Below, piece by piece: positions 37,007 to 49,770 of a stretch of 64,000 nt of DNA. The notes beneath the pieces are model-generated. The model was given only the letters and a program-made list of their open reading frames with translations. It did no database searches and was not told where the DNA came from. Within the stretch, counting starts at the first letter, position 1; each line of letters begins with the position of its first letter. Source of the DNA: Ranitomeya imitator (lineage: Eukaryota); contig NC_091283.1 in NCBI RefSeq assembly GCF_032444005.1, positions 35,960,001 to 36,024,000 of the forward strand. Reading direction: 5' to 3'. Both the position numbers and the translations under genes were made by a program.

Positions 37007-38811
37007 TTGTTCTAAATAAACAGTTATTTCTCCAGTCACCTTCCACGACAGTTATTTCTCCAGTCACCTTCCACGACAGCAGTATTGGAGGATGTCTCCC
37101 CGCCCTAATAGGGGACAGGAAACAGGTTAAATACCTTCCCCTTCCTGCAACCTCCAGTGTTTTTCCTGTCCCCTATGGGGCATGAAGAGGTTCTCTATGG
37201 CCGGCAGTCGGGGGATCTGCTCTCCTCCGGTGACTGCTCCCATCTCCGCATACTCTGCGCGACTTGGGACCCTCTATCCCGCCCTTCCTGCACCTCCTCG
37301 TGGGGCAAAGCAGGGTGGTGAAGCTCTCCGGGGTCCTCCTGTAGTTCCCAGGCTCTCTCTCCTCCCTGCCGCTGGAGGCCGCGCACCGGAAGTGACGCGT
37401 CCAAACTTCCGGTTTAGCTTCCATGCTCCGGACCCTGCGCGCGCCGGCTGGCGTTCCAAGCCTGCGGCAGCCATGACAGGCGGTCAATTGTATCACCCCC
37501 TACGGACTCTGGGAGGAAGAGGAGCACGGAATCAGCTGGCGACCTCGATGTGCATATATTCCTGGTCGGGGGAAGCCTCCAGGTAAGGCCTCTGTGTCCC
37601 TTCTCATTGGTGACTGACTGACCCTATGGACGGCGACAAACTCCTGCACTCTGCTTCTGCAGAGCCCAGTGTTCACCCTCCTACTGTAAGTAGAAGATGA
37701 GGTCCCTTGCTGTCCAGTTTTTGTTATTAAGTGACTTAGTCCGCCTTTCTCTCTCTTTCTAGGGAGACAAGGTTCCTGCCCTTAAGAAAGATAAGATGCC
37801 CAGCCGCAAGTTGGTACAAATTTCCATGGTGAGGGGCACCATGGGGGTGGAAGAGGAGGTAGCGAGTCATTCCGTTCAGGATGACATGTTTGGAGGGTTA
37901 AAGCCTAGGACCCCGAAAGGGTTCCCTATACACGAGAATATTGAAAACCTTGTCCTTCATGAGTGGGGCCTACCTGAGAAAGGTTTGAGTGTCCCATCAG
38001 AATTGAAGAATCGTTTCCCTCTGGAGAACTGTTCTTTATAGGAAATGCCTAAGGTAGATGTACAAGTGTCCAGGGTAACCAAAAAAACGGCTCTACCCTT
38101 CGAGGATTCCTCGCAGCTCAAAGATCCTATGGATCGAAAAATTGAGAGCTTACTAAGGAAATCCTGAGACACATCTACTAATCTGCTAAAGACAAATGTG
38201 GCTTCCACATGTTTTGCCAGATCCCTATTTCTCTGGTAACGTACCCTAGAAAATCACCTTTCTCAGTGGACATCTAGGGAGGAAATTCTAAATTCCCTAC
38301 CATTACTTCAGAAGGCAACAGGATTCCTGATGGATGCTTCCGCTGAGTCTACGAGTAGCTGCTAGGTCCGCAGTGCTCTCCAACTCCGCCAGAAGAGCTC
38401 TATGGCTTAAATCCTGGGGATGAAACCTAACCTCTAAATCCAAACTGTGGTATTCCCTTTCAGGGACATTATATGTTCAGGCCTGCCCTCGATGACATCC
38501 TAGGCAAGGCTACTGATAAAAAGAAAGCTCTTCCGGAGCAAAAAAGCTCAAGGGAACGCTTTTTTTGTCCCCCCCCTCCCCCCCCCCGTGAGCAGGTCCC
38601 CCAGAGGGACTACAGGAGTAAAGGTAAAACGGGCCGGTGGAGTTACCCCCAAAGGGGGTAAAGCTAGGAACATCCTTGTTCCCCAACCCCAGCAGACCCC
38701 TGAGAAACAATGACTGCTCTCCGGTCGGAGGCCGACTCTAAGGGTTTCTTTCCCAATGGCAGGCCATCACCACAAATCAGTGGGTCCTGCGTACCATTTG
38801 GGAAGGCTTAA

Positions 38812-39128
38812 AGGGAACCTGTCACCTGAATTTGGCGGGACTGGTTTTGGGTCATATGGGCGGAGTTTTTGGGTGTTTGATTCACCCTTTCCTTACCCGC
38901 TGGCTGCATGCTGGCTGCAATATTGGATTGAAGTTCATTCTCTGTCCTCCATAGTACACGCCTGCACAAGGCAAGATTGCTTTGCGCAGGCGTGCACTAT
39001 GGAGGACAGAGAATGAACTTCAATCCAATATTGCAGCCAGCAGGTAAGGAAAGGGTGAATCAAACACCCGAAAACTCCGCCCATATGACCCAAAACCAGT
39101 CCCGCCAAATTCAGGTGACAGAGCCCCT
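38812..39128. mobile_element. T2/Kolobok-type MITE nested in DIRS (same family as 4916-5243)
   Basis: TTAA TSD, AGGG termini, near-identical palindrome. Confidence 0.9.
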
Positions 39129-39460
39129 TTAAGGTTAGAATTCGAGAGTCCTCCTCAACGTCTAACAATTACCTCCCTACAGTCTCCACACCTTCGGGGA
39201 TCCCTCAATGCAGATATTCTCGATCTGCTTCAAGCAGGGGTAATCTCCCGGGTACCTCCTCAGGAAATAGGAGAAGGCCACTATTCTCACCTATTTTTGA
39301 TGAAAAAACCCTCTGGGAAACACCAGGTTATTATAAACCTGAAACCCCTAAATCAAGTAATCAAATACCACAGATTCAAAATGGAATCAACCAAATCAGC
39401 AATCCCACTGATTGGCCAGGACTGGGTAATGGCTACGTTAGATCTTCTGAGGGACGCTTA

Positions 39461-39776
39461 GGCTAGGTTCACATTGCGTTAGGGCAGTCCGTTTAGCGCA
39501 TAGCACTACGGACTGCGCTAACGCAATGTCCAAAAAAGGGATCGCGTTTGCCGATCTGCGCTAGCGAGGAACGGACCGCGAACGCTACAAGCAGCGTTCA
39601 AGGTCCGTCCCTCAAATGACGGCACATCGCTAGCGCACACCCAATGTGGGTGTGCGCTAGCGATGCGTTCGCCATTACAAGCAATGGCGGCGTTAACGGA
39701 CTACGTTACACCGCGTTATGCCGCGGTGTAACGTAGTCCGTTTAACGGGTTCATTTAACGTAATGTGAACCTAGCC
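39461..39776. mobile_element. PIF/Harbinger-type MITE nested in the DIRS RT
   Basis: TTA TSD, GGCTAGGTTCACATT TIR. Confidence 0.88.
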
Positions 39777-41348
39777 TTACTATCATGTGTCGATACATCC
39801 CGACCACTGGAAGTTCCTCAGATTTGCAGTGGCCAAAAACCATTGAGCCAGCCATTATCGGTTCAATGTTCTTCCATTTGGAGTCTCATCAGCTCCTTGG
39901 GTCTTTACCAAGATCATGTCAGAAGCAGTGGTTTTCATCCGACATCCTGAAATCACTGGGATGGATTCCGAACTTGGAGAAGTCGGACCTCCATCCATCT
40001 CCGAGGAAAGCATTTCTAGGAGTTCTGGACTCAAGGGAAAGAATATCCTTCTTACCCAGGGACCGTCGGGACGATCTCGTCCACAGGATCTCCAGGTTCA
40101 GGAGCCAGAATTCTCCGACCCTAAGGGACTCGATGTCAATCCTGGATTCGTTGACGTCCTGCATCCAGGCAGTCTCCTGGGCCCAGGCCTACACAAGAGT
40201 CCTTCAGACCCACATCCTGATGCATTCAAAAGGACGCCAGAATGCTTTAACCAGGAGGATTCCCCTCCCCAATCGCGTGAAATCCCCCCTCTCATGGTGG
40301 CTGAACTCCCAGAACCTTCAAAGAAGAGTCAGCTGGGATCAAATGCCTCTGAAGGTGCTCACAACAGATGCGAGCCAGAGAGGTTGGGGCACCAAAATAG
40401 AAGGTTCCCACTTCCAGGCGTTGTAGCCCCCAAGCATCAGGTCCAGATCCTCGAATCTGAGAGAACTGAAAGCAGTGGAGGAGGCGCTAAAAGCCGCATC
40501 TGTCCTCATCCAGGGTCACCATGTACGGATAATGTCCCAAAACACAACTACGGTGGCCTACCTCCGACACCAGGGAGGCACGGAATACACCAGCCTAAAA
40601 TCAATCGCTGCAAGGATTTTTTCCTGGGGAGAAAGACATCTCCTGTCCATCTCGGCAGTACACATAAAGGGGTCAGACAACGCCCAGGCGGACTTCCTAA
40701 GCAGGAGAGTTTTCCATCCTGGAGAATGGTCCTTGAACCAAGAGGTGTTCCTATCCCTAGTCCGGAGATGGGGAAGTCCCAATGTGGATCTGTTTGCCAA
40801 CAGTCAGAACACAAAGTCGAACACTTTCTTCTCCCTCAACCTCTCAAGCGGGGCTCAGGGACTGGACGCCTTCTCCCATCCTTGGAAGTTTGCTCTGGCA
40901 TACGCCTTCCCACCAATTCCCATGTTGCCAAGAACGTTACAAAAGATCCGGGCGGATCGAGTCACAACAATTCTGGTAGCATCAATGTGGCCAGGAAGAA
41001 GCTGGTACGGCGCACTAACAGACATGTCTCTGGAAGGCCCGATACTTCTACCTCAGATAGTAGACCTTCTTCAGCAGGGACCACTGCTACACAGACATGT
41101 ACAGGCTGAAACTAGCAGCCTGGTTATTGAGGCTGAGATTCTGAGAGCTAGAGGTCTCTCAGATGACGTCATTCAAAACCTACAAAAAAGTAGGAAATCT
41201 ATAACGAACGCCATCTATGGCAAGGTTTGGAAAAAATTTTCATCCTGGTGTGCCCCAAACAAACCTGATCCATTTCATCCCAACATCGCTCAAATATTAG
41301 AATTTCTCCAAAAGGGACTGGAGTTAGGGCTCTCACCTAGCACCTTAA

Positions 41349-41736
41349 GGGTATGTTTCCACGTGCAGGAAACGCTGCGTGTCTGACGCTGCATAGAGAC
41401 GCAGCGTCAAACACGCAGCGTCCTGATGTTACAGCATAGTGGAGGGGATTTAATGAAATCCCGTCTCCACTATGCGTGGTAACACGCACGCGGCGGCCCT
41501 GCGACTCCGGACATGCTGCGCGTCTTTTCAGATCGCAGCATGTCCGTATATCTTGCGGCGACGCTGCGTCGCCGCAAGATATAGCACAGGGCCCTATGCG
41601 ATGGGTGCGATGATGCCGGATGTGTGCTATGAACACATCCGGCATCATCGCGTTCCAGAAGGGGGCGGGGCTTACCGCAGAGCGGCAAAGCCGCTCCGAC
41701 GATACCGCCGGCCATCCTGAAAGTGGACACGCAGCC
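41349..41736. mobile_element. PIF/Harbinger-type MITE nested in the DIRS YR
   Basis: TAA TSD; removal restores [10 protein letters not shown]. Confidence 0.82.
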
Positions 41737-41946
41737 TAAAAGTTCAGGTGTCGGCACTAGGTTCCTTTTTTAATCAGGATTTAGCAGGCCACTGTTGGGT
41801 TAAATGTTTCATGACATCTGTGGCTAGGATTCGTCCTAGGCTCCAGGTCCAGACCCCTCCTTGGGATTTGAACCTTGTACTAAATAGCCTGACCAGGGAC
41901 CCCTTTGAGCCCTTATCAGCCATCAGTTTAAAAATCCTGACCCTCA

Positions 41947-42288
41947 GGCTATGTGCACACGTTCAGGTTTTTTCGTGTTTTTTTTTGCGGTAAAAACGCT
42001 ATAAAAACTCATTAAAAACGCATACATTATACATTCTATCATTTAGAATGCATTCTGCATGTTATGTGCACATGGAAAAAAACGCATCGCGGTAAAAAAA
42101 TGAGCATGTTCATTATTTTTGCGGATTTTCTGCGTTTTTCCCGCAATTCTATGCATTTTGGAAAAAACGCACAAAAAACGCGTCAAACGCGTCAAAATCG
42201 CGGTAAAAACGCATGCGGATTTCTGGCAGAAATGTCCGGTTTTTGTCAGGAAAATTTCTGCAAGAAATCCTGACGTGTGCACATACCC
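41947..42288. mobile_element. PIF/Harbinger-type MITE nested in the DIRS YR
   Basis: GG(C/G)TATGTGCACACGT TIRs; imperfect TCA/TGA TSD; removal restores ILTLKTVFLVA. Confidence 0.82.
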
Positions 42289-42341
42289 TGAAGACTGTCT
42301 TCCTAGTAGCAATCACTACCGCTAGGCGTATAGGAGAGTTA

Positions 42342-42808
42342 GGCTACTTTCACACTAGTGTTTTCTGCAATCCGTCACAATGCGTCGTTTTGCAGAAAAA
42401 ACTCATCCTGCAAAAGTGCTTGCAAGATGCGTTTTTTCCCCATAGACTTGTATTGACGACGCATTTGCGACGGATTGCCACACGTCGCATCCGTCGAGCG
42501 ACGGATGCGTCGTGCTTTGGCGGACCGTCGGGAGCAAAAAACGCTACATGCAACGTTTTTTGCTCCTGACGGACCGCTTTTTCCGACCGCGCATGATGGA
42601 ATATAGGCTGAACTGGATGGACAAATGTCTTTTTTCGGCCTTACTAACTATGTTACTATGTTACCTCCCCGCACCTTACAATGGGGCAGCGGATGCGCCG
42701 GAGAAATGCATCCGCTGCCTCCATTGTGCAATGCGTTAAACGCTAGCGTCGGAATCTCTCCCCGACGCATTGCGACGGGGAGATTCCGACGCTAGTGTGA
42801 AAGAAGCC
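42342..42808. mobile_element. PIF/Harbinger-type MITE nested in the DIRS YR
   Basis: TTA TSD, GGCT.CTTTCACACTAG TIR; removal restores GELQALS. Confidence 0.88.
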
Positions 42809-44161
42809 TTACAGGCTTTATCAGTACAGGAGCCATACCTAACAATAACCATGGATAGCATAATCCTTAAGCTAGACCCTGCCTTTATGCCTAAGGTAGT
42901 CTCAGACTTCCACAGAAGTCAAGATATTGTCTTACCCTCATTTTGTGCAAATCCCTCTAATCCGAAGGAAGAAACATTTCACACCCTGGATGTCCGCAGG
43001 GTGGTCCTCTTCTACCTCCAACAAACGGAGGGTTGGAGGATAGACCAAAACTTTTTCGTCCAGTGGTCAGGACGGAATAAAGGCAAGAAAGCTGCTAAAA
43101 GTATGATCGCTAACTGGATCAAACAGGCCATTTGTCTTGCATACTCATCCCGGAAGCTTGCACCCCCGGCATCGCTAAAAGCTCACTCCACCCATTCAGT
43201 CTCGACGTCCTGGGCAGAGAGAGGGAACGCATCGTCAGCAGATATGCAGAGCTGCCACCTGGTCGTCAGTCCATACATTCACCAGGCATTACAGGCTAAA
43301 TTTCAATAGGGACCTATCGTTTGGCAGACGTGTTCTGCAGGCAGTTGTCCCTCCCTAAAGAAATTAGCTGTTGGTATCACTCCGATACTGCTGTCGTGGA
43401 AGGTGACTGGAGAAAATAGAATTAGGCTTACCGGTAATTCGGTTTCTAGGAACCTTCCACGACAGCACTAATTTCCCTCCCTATCTGATATTCTTATTGG
43501 ATGATTCCTGCACTTAAGTGGTAACTATACATGCTACTGTGTCCAGAAAAAAACACTGGTGGTTACAGGAAGGGCAGGGGTATTTAACCTCTCTGTTTTC
43601 TGTCCCCTATTAGGGCGTGAGACATCCTCCGATACTGCTGTCGTGGAATGTTACTAGAAACCGAATTACCGGTAAGTCTATTTTTCACAATATTTTTCCT
43701 GAATGTACCTTTTTGACTCCTTTTCTACCTCTCGGCCAACCCAAGCTTCACATCCCTGCATTACCGGTGAAACATAACACACTTGTCGGTGAGCTGGATA
43801 TTTTCTATAAGGAGAAAAGTCCAATCCACATTCCCCTCCAGGAGCTTTTCTCTCCTCTAATCAATAGACGTGAATATGGAGTCAGATATAACGGCTCCTG
43901 CTCGTGTTGGGGCATCACCATGACTCTGTGATAGGACAAGGGGCGGCAGACAGATTTTATGACACTTTGCCGACCATCTGCCGCATCCGGCTGCTACACC
44001 ACACTGCAAGTATCAAAGGGCAACATCCTGAGCTGCAGGTCAATGTGCGACATGATGGCGGCACACTCACTTCACCCTTCACGGACAGCCGTTATATACA
44101 TCTATCTCGTGTGCTTCCACAAGACCCCTGTATGGGATCACCATGGGCTGTTATGTCTATT

Positions 44162-45690
44162 ACTCGATGGTTGCCCGATTCTAATGCATCGGGTATTTTA
44201 GAATATGCATGTCCACGTAGTATATTGCCCAGCCACGTAGTATATTGCCCAGCCACGTAGTATATTGTCCAGCCATGTAGTATATTGCCCAGCCACGTAG
44301 TATATTGCCCAGCCACGTAGTATATTGTCCAGCCATGTAGTATATTGCCCAGCCACGTAGTATATTGCCCAGCCACGTAGTATATTGCCCAGCCACGTAG
44401 TATATTGCCCAGTCACGTAGTATATTGCCCAGCCACGTAGTATATTGCCCAGCCACGTAGTATATTGCCCAGCCACGTAGTATATTGCCCAGCCACGTAG
44501 TATATTGCCCAGCCACGTAGTATATTGCCCAGCCACGTAGTATATTGCCCAGTCACGTAGTATATTGCCCAGCCACGTAGTATATTGCCCAGCCACGTAG
44601 TATATTGCCCAGTCACGTAGTATATTGCCCAGCCACGTAGTATATTGCCCAGCCACGTAGTATATTGCCCAGCCACGTAGTATATTGCCCAGCCACGTAG
44701 TATATTGCCCAGCCACGTAGTATATTGCCCAGCCACGTAGTATATTGCACAGCGACGTAGTATATTGCCCAGCCCACGTAGTATATTGCCCAGCCATGTA
44801 GTATATTGCCCAGCCACGTAGTATATTGCCCAGTCACGTAGTATATTGCCCAGTCACTTACTATATTGCACAGCGACGTAGTATATTGCCCAGTCACGTA
44901 GTATATTGCCCACTCACGTAGTATATTGCCCAGTCATGTAGTATATTGACCAGCCACATAGTATATAGCACAGCCACGTAGTACGGTCTATTGCCCAGCC
45001 ACATAGTATATAGCAGAGCCACGTAGTATATTGCCCAGTCACGTAGTGTATTGGCCAGCACAGAGCCACGTAGTATAGAGTTAAAAAAAATAAAAATAAA
45101 CATATACTCACCTATAGCCCGTTGAAGTCCTGCTATACTTACCCTCCGCCACCTTTCTCACTCCTCGCCACGCTCCCGGGACCGGTCACCGCTCCATTGC
45201 AAGCAGCAGCTTCTGGTCCTGTCCCAGGGCTGGTGTGAGCAGGACCTATGATGACGTCGCAGTCACATGACCGTGACGTCACAGCAGGTCCTTGTCGCAC
45301 ACCAGACCTGGGAGCGGAAGCTGCCGCTTGCAATGGAGCGGTCCCGTGAGCGTGGCGAGGAGTGAGAAAGGCGGCGGAGGGTGAGTATAGCAGGTTTTTT
45401 TAAATTATTTTTAACATGACCTATTTTTACTATTGATGCTGCATAGGCAGCACCAATAGTAAATAGTTGGGGACACACAGGGTTAATAGCAGCGGTAAAG
45501 GAGCGCGTTACACCGCGGGCCGTTACCGCTGCCATTAACCCTGTGTGAGCGGTGAGTGGAGGGGATTACGGAGCGGGCGCCGGGCAGTGAGTGCAGGGGA
45601 GGGACTAATACGACTGTGCCCGTCGCTGATTGGTCGCGGCAGCCATGACAGGCAGCTGCCGAGACCAATCAGCGAATTATGTATATAGAT
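44162..45690. mobile_element. Putative Helitron/Helentron-like non-autonomous element with a 20-bp internal minisatellite
   Basis: ACTCG start with hairpin CCCGAT...ATCGGG; ends GTATATAGAT; (TATATTGCCCAGCCACGTAG)n at about 44215-45075. Confidence 0.45.
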
Positions 45691-45939
45691 ATCCATGTGG
45701 GGAAGTCACCAATGAAAGCAGACCCCCACCAAGATCAATGGGACCCCACATACTAGATCTCCACCCTTGTGACGTGTCTGACTCGTGACATAGAAACGAT
45801 CACAAATCCCAATATCGGACGTGATCCGGAGTGGATGAATTACGGTAAATGGTCGCTGAGCTGTAATCTGATCTCTCAGCTTTATGTATATTATCACAAA
45901 ATGGACAGAACTTCTGTACCCCCATCCTGGAGGAGGGCA

Positions 45940-46452
45940 GACCTCCGGCCCCTCTGTATATCCACAGCAGATCCCCGGCCCCTCTATATATCCACAGCAG
46001 ACCCCCGGCCCCTCTATATATCCACGGCAGACCCCTGGCCCCCCTATATATCCACGGCAGACCCCCGGTCCCTCTGTATATCCACAGCCGGCCCCCCTAT
46101 ATATCCACAGCAGACCCCCGGCCCCTCTATATATCCACAGCAGACCCCCGGCCCCTCTGTATATCCACAGCAGACCCCCCGCCCCCCTCTATATCCACAG
46201 CAGACCCCCGGCCCCTCTATATATCCACAGCAGATCCCCGGCCCCCCTATATATCCACAACAGACCCCCGCCCCCCTCTATATCCACAGCAGACCCCCGG
46301 CCCCTCTGTATATCCACAGCAGACCCCCCGCCCCCCTCTATATCCACAGCAGACCCCCGGCCCCTCTATATATCCACAGCAGATCCCCGGCCCCCCTATA
46401 TATCCACAACAGACCCCCGCCCCCCTCTATATCCACAGCAGACCCCCGGCCT
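45940..46452. repeat. About 30-bp minisatellite
   Basis: CAGACCCCCGGCCCCTCTATATATCCACAG repeated about 17 times. Confidence 0.92.
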
Positions 46453-48080
46453 CTCTGGATGGTGGTTGCATCAGCAGCTCCTGGGGGACGCCGGCTGTTC
46501 TACACACACATCACAATCTGCAGTTTCCATTAAGCTTCCTTCTGCCTCATGAATACTTAACCTGCAGAAAGTCCATTTCTTGCGGCGTTCAGCACTTAGT
46601 GGCAGCCCCCACTCAGGATGCGCGGCCCCTCACCCTTTTGTTTGCATGTCCAGCACCGCAGATCCTGCATTAGGTCATTGCAGCCCATCACTCATGTACG
46701 TGGGGGCTCCAGGGCTGGGGGGCTTCCGGTATTAGTTATTACCTGAAATCATTTCCATATAAAATAACTTCATTATTTACCATAACAGGATGTAATTCCG
46801 TCCCACGGCCTCCGCCGGCTCGTCTCCCTCCATAGCCCACCGCGGTGGGTGTCACCTAAGTGTCGCACACACCGTCCGTCCACATGATGGGAACCCTGAT
46901 TCATCAGACCGGGCCGCCGACGTCCATGGTCCAGTCTGGAGATCCATGACCCATCAGTGGGCACTTTCCATGATGGGGGCTCTGACCACGCAGCCCCCCA
47001 CACAGCACACGACGCACCACGCAGCCCCCCACACAGCACACGACGCTCCGCATACTCTGTGACATCTGTGATCCTCGATATTACAGGAGTCGGCCACAAC
47101 TTTCAAACCTTTTCTTACTGGCGCCGGGGCGGGGACACGCTGCCCTCAGCCCGCACTCCTCCACCTCTGCTGGACCAGAAGTGATGACGTCACTGACCAC
47201 CTATGACCTGACCACTGCGGGTGCTGATTGGCTGCAGCGTGTACGACGTGGACACCCATCGCTCTGGCAGGCATAGATTGCTCTGTAGACACTGGTATTG
47301 TATAGCACTGGCAAAAAATGCAAAACTTTGTCATTTACTATTTGTTAACATTTTCATCAATTCTTGAGCTTTTTAGCATTTTTCCTTTGTTTACAGCCTG
47401 TTGCCTAGGAGACCGACCACCGCTGCTGCGTAGCATCGCTGGCTGAACATACTCAGGGCTTACAAACTCTTTTCTATTAATCATGTAAGCGCCGTTTTAG
47501 ACCCAGGACAGGGTCACTGGACGCTGTTACCTCCTAATACCGAAGCTAGACAGCAGCGGTGGTCGGTTTCCTAGGCAACAAGCTGTAAACAAGAGAAAAG
47601 TGTTAATATCTCAAGAACGGCTGCAAATGTTAATAAACAGCGAATTACAAATGTGCTTTAATTTACAAGACAGATCTATGAAGATGGGAATCTCTGTAAA
47701 ACAGGAGGACGGACCCTGGAACTACGTGACTGGGAGATCGCTCAGGGTGTGACGCGCTCACACATAGGCCAACCACAATGAAGCCCAATGCAAAAATGAA
47801 GGGGGGAATTGGAAACGTCTCTAAACAGCGCCACCCCTGACCAGAGGCCGCGATGTGAACTGCAAGAAAATAGAGAATAGATTGATTTCTCACACACAGA
47901 CTTGGCGGACCCCCCTGTACTGGTCATCGGTGGTCTCGGACCCCACAGACCAGTCACAGAGGGGAATTGGGTCCCTCTATTAGCGGAGTCGCGCCCTGTA
48001 TATATCACGCCAGCCATAAAGTATGTCCCAGCGGCTGCAGCACACTATTACATTACACGGGGCAGAATTAGCAGCAGAGG

Positions 48081-48650
48081 GACTACAAGCACCAGCATGC
48101 ACCTGCTGACATGGGATGCAGCCGGTTAACTCATTACTGCCTGGACCCTTTTCCCTGTGGTGGTGCCCACATGGCAGAGAAGGAAGGAATGACCCTGCAG
48201 TCAGCAGTGACAAGAGCTGCAGTGCTAGAACATTACACTGCCTGCAGTGAGGTTATTACAGGCGCTATAGTCAGCGCATGCTGGGACTTGTAGTTCCACA
48301 ATTACTCTGCTCCTGCATAAAGCTCGGTACAGAGACCTCTACGGTGTCCCAGTCGGTTTATAGTGTGGAGCCGTCATACACCGGGCACAAACAGTCATCA
48401 CTGCCGTTACAAGGACCAGTCTACGGTCCACCACGTGTCCGCTTGGGGCAGGGCGTTGGCTGCTCTTAGACTACAGTTCCCATCAGCCCTCTCTTCTTTA
48501 GCTCCGCCCACAGGAGTTTGACTGACATTTGGGACCGGCCCCGCGACGCCAGGCAGCCAATCAGCTCAGCCTGAGGCAGAGACTGGAAGCGGACAGGTGA
48601 CATCCATGAGGCCAATGGGATGTAGCTAGAGATGTGGGAGGGGCGTGATA
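48081..48650. promoter_or_regulatory. Promoter-like island: three ZNF143 motifs, E-box, two CCAAT boxes and a GC box
   Basis: GACTACAAGCACCAGCATGC (48081), GCATGCTGGGACTTGTAGTTCC (48276, reverse), GACTACAGTTCCCATCAGCCC (48469), CACGTG (48432), CCAAT (48557, 48612). Confidence 0.55.
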
Positions 48651-48739
48651 TGCAGAGTAGGGCCGCCAGAGGGGAGACGAGACGGAAAGCGACAGCGTGT
48701 CCAAGGTGCTACAGTCAGTGTATGATAATGTCTGAAGGG

Positions 48740-49770
48740 AGGCGAGGAGAGAACCGAGAGGAGAGAAGAGAGGAAAGGGAGGAGAGAGGGAATGAGGAGA
48801 GGGAAAAACCGAGGGGAGGAGAGGAGAGAACAGGGAAAGAGGAGAGAGCAGAGGGAAAGGGAGGATAGAAGAGAGGGAATGTGGAGAGGGGAAAACCGAG
48901 GGGAGGAGAGGAGAGAACAGGGAAAGAGGAGAGAGCAGAGGTAAAGGGAGGAGAGCACAGAGGGAAAGGGAGGATAGTAGAGAGGGAATGTGGAGAGGGG
49001 AAAACCGAGGGGAGGGGGAACAGGGAAAGAGGAGAGGAGAGAGGGAATGAGGAGAGAACAGAGGGAAAGAGAGGAGAGAACAGAGGGAAAGAGAGGGGAG
49101 GAGAGAACAGAGGGAAAGAGGAGAGAACAGAGGGAAAGAGGAGAGAACAGAGGGAAAGAGAGGGGAGGAGAGAACAGAGGGAAAGAGGAGAGAACAGAGG
49201 GAAAGAGGAGAGAACAGAGGGAAAGAGAGGGGAGGAGAGAACAGAGGGAAAGAGGAGAGAACAGAGGGAAGGAGAGGAGAGAACAGAGGGAAAGAGGAGA
49301 GAACAGAGGGAAAGAGAGGGGAGGAGAGAACAGAGGGAAAGAGGAGAGAACAGAGGGAAAGAGGAGAGAACAGGGAAAGAGAAGAGGAGAGAACAGAGGG
49401 AAAGGGAGGAGAGAACAGGGAAAGAGGAAAGGAGAGAACAGGGAAAGAGGAGAGAACAGAGGGAAAGAGAAGAGAGGGGAGAACAGGGAAAGAGGAGAGA
49501 ACAGAGGGAAAGGGAGGAGAGAACAGAGAGAAAGAGGAGGAAAGAACAGGGGGAGAGGAAAGGAGAGAACAGGGAAAGAGGAGAGAACAGGGAAAGAGGA
49601 GAGGAGAGAACAGAGGGAAAGGGAGGAGAGAACAGAGAGAAAGAGGAGGAAAGAACAGAGGGGGAGAGGAAAGGAGAGAACAGGGAAAGAGAGGAGAGAA
49701 CAGAGGGAAAGAGAAGAGCTGGGAGAACAGGGAAAGAGGGGAGAACAGAGGGAAAGGGAGGAGAGGGGTG
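48740..49770. repeat. About 1-kb polypurine (GA-rich) low-complexity tract
   Basis: Degenerate GAGGAGAGAACAGAGGGAAA repeats; the + strand is almost all purine. Confidence 0.95.

Larger units (their letters stand above)
37027..43681 (+). mobile_element. Near full-length decayed DIRS1-like retrotransposon
   Basis: Left ITR at about 37055-37175, ICR at about 43385-43470, right ITR at about 43560-43680; gag remnants; RT (LRDAYYHVSIHP once the MITE is removed); RNase H (VLTTDAS, DLFA, YAFPP); YR ([30 protein letters not shown]); stops and frameshifts present. Confidence 0.93.

Noticed and set aside
44092-45111. Minus-strand ORFs (AGQYTTWLGNILRGWAIYY)n
   Set aside because: 20-bp minisatellite artefact.
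46880-46990. ATGATG...CTGA pairs resembling C/D snoRNA boxes
   Set aside because: Box C is non-canonical (ATGATGG), there is no terminal stem, and no rRNA or snRNA guide was recognised.
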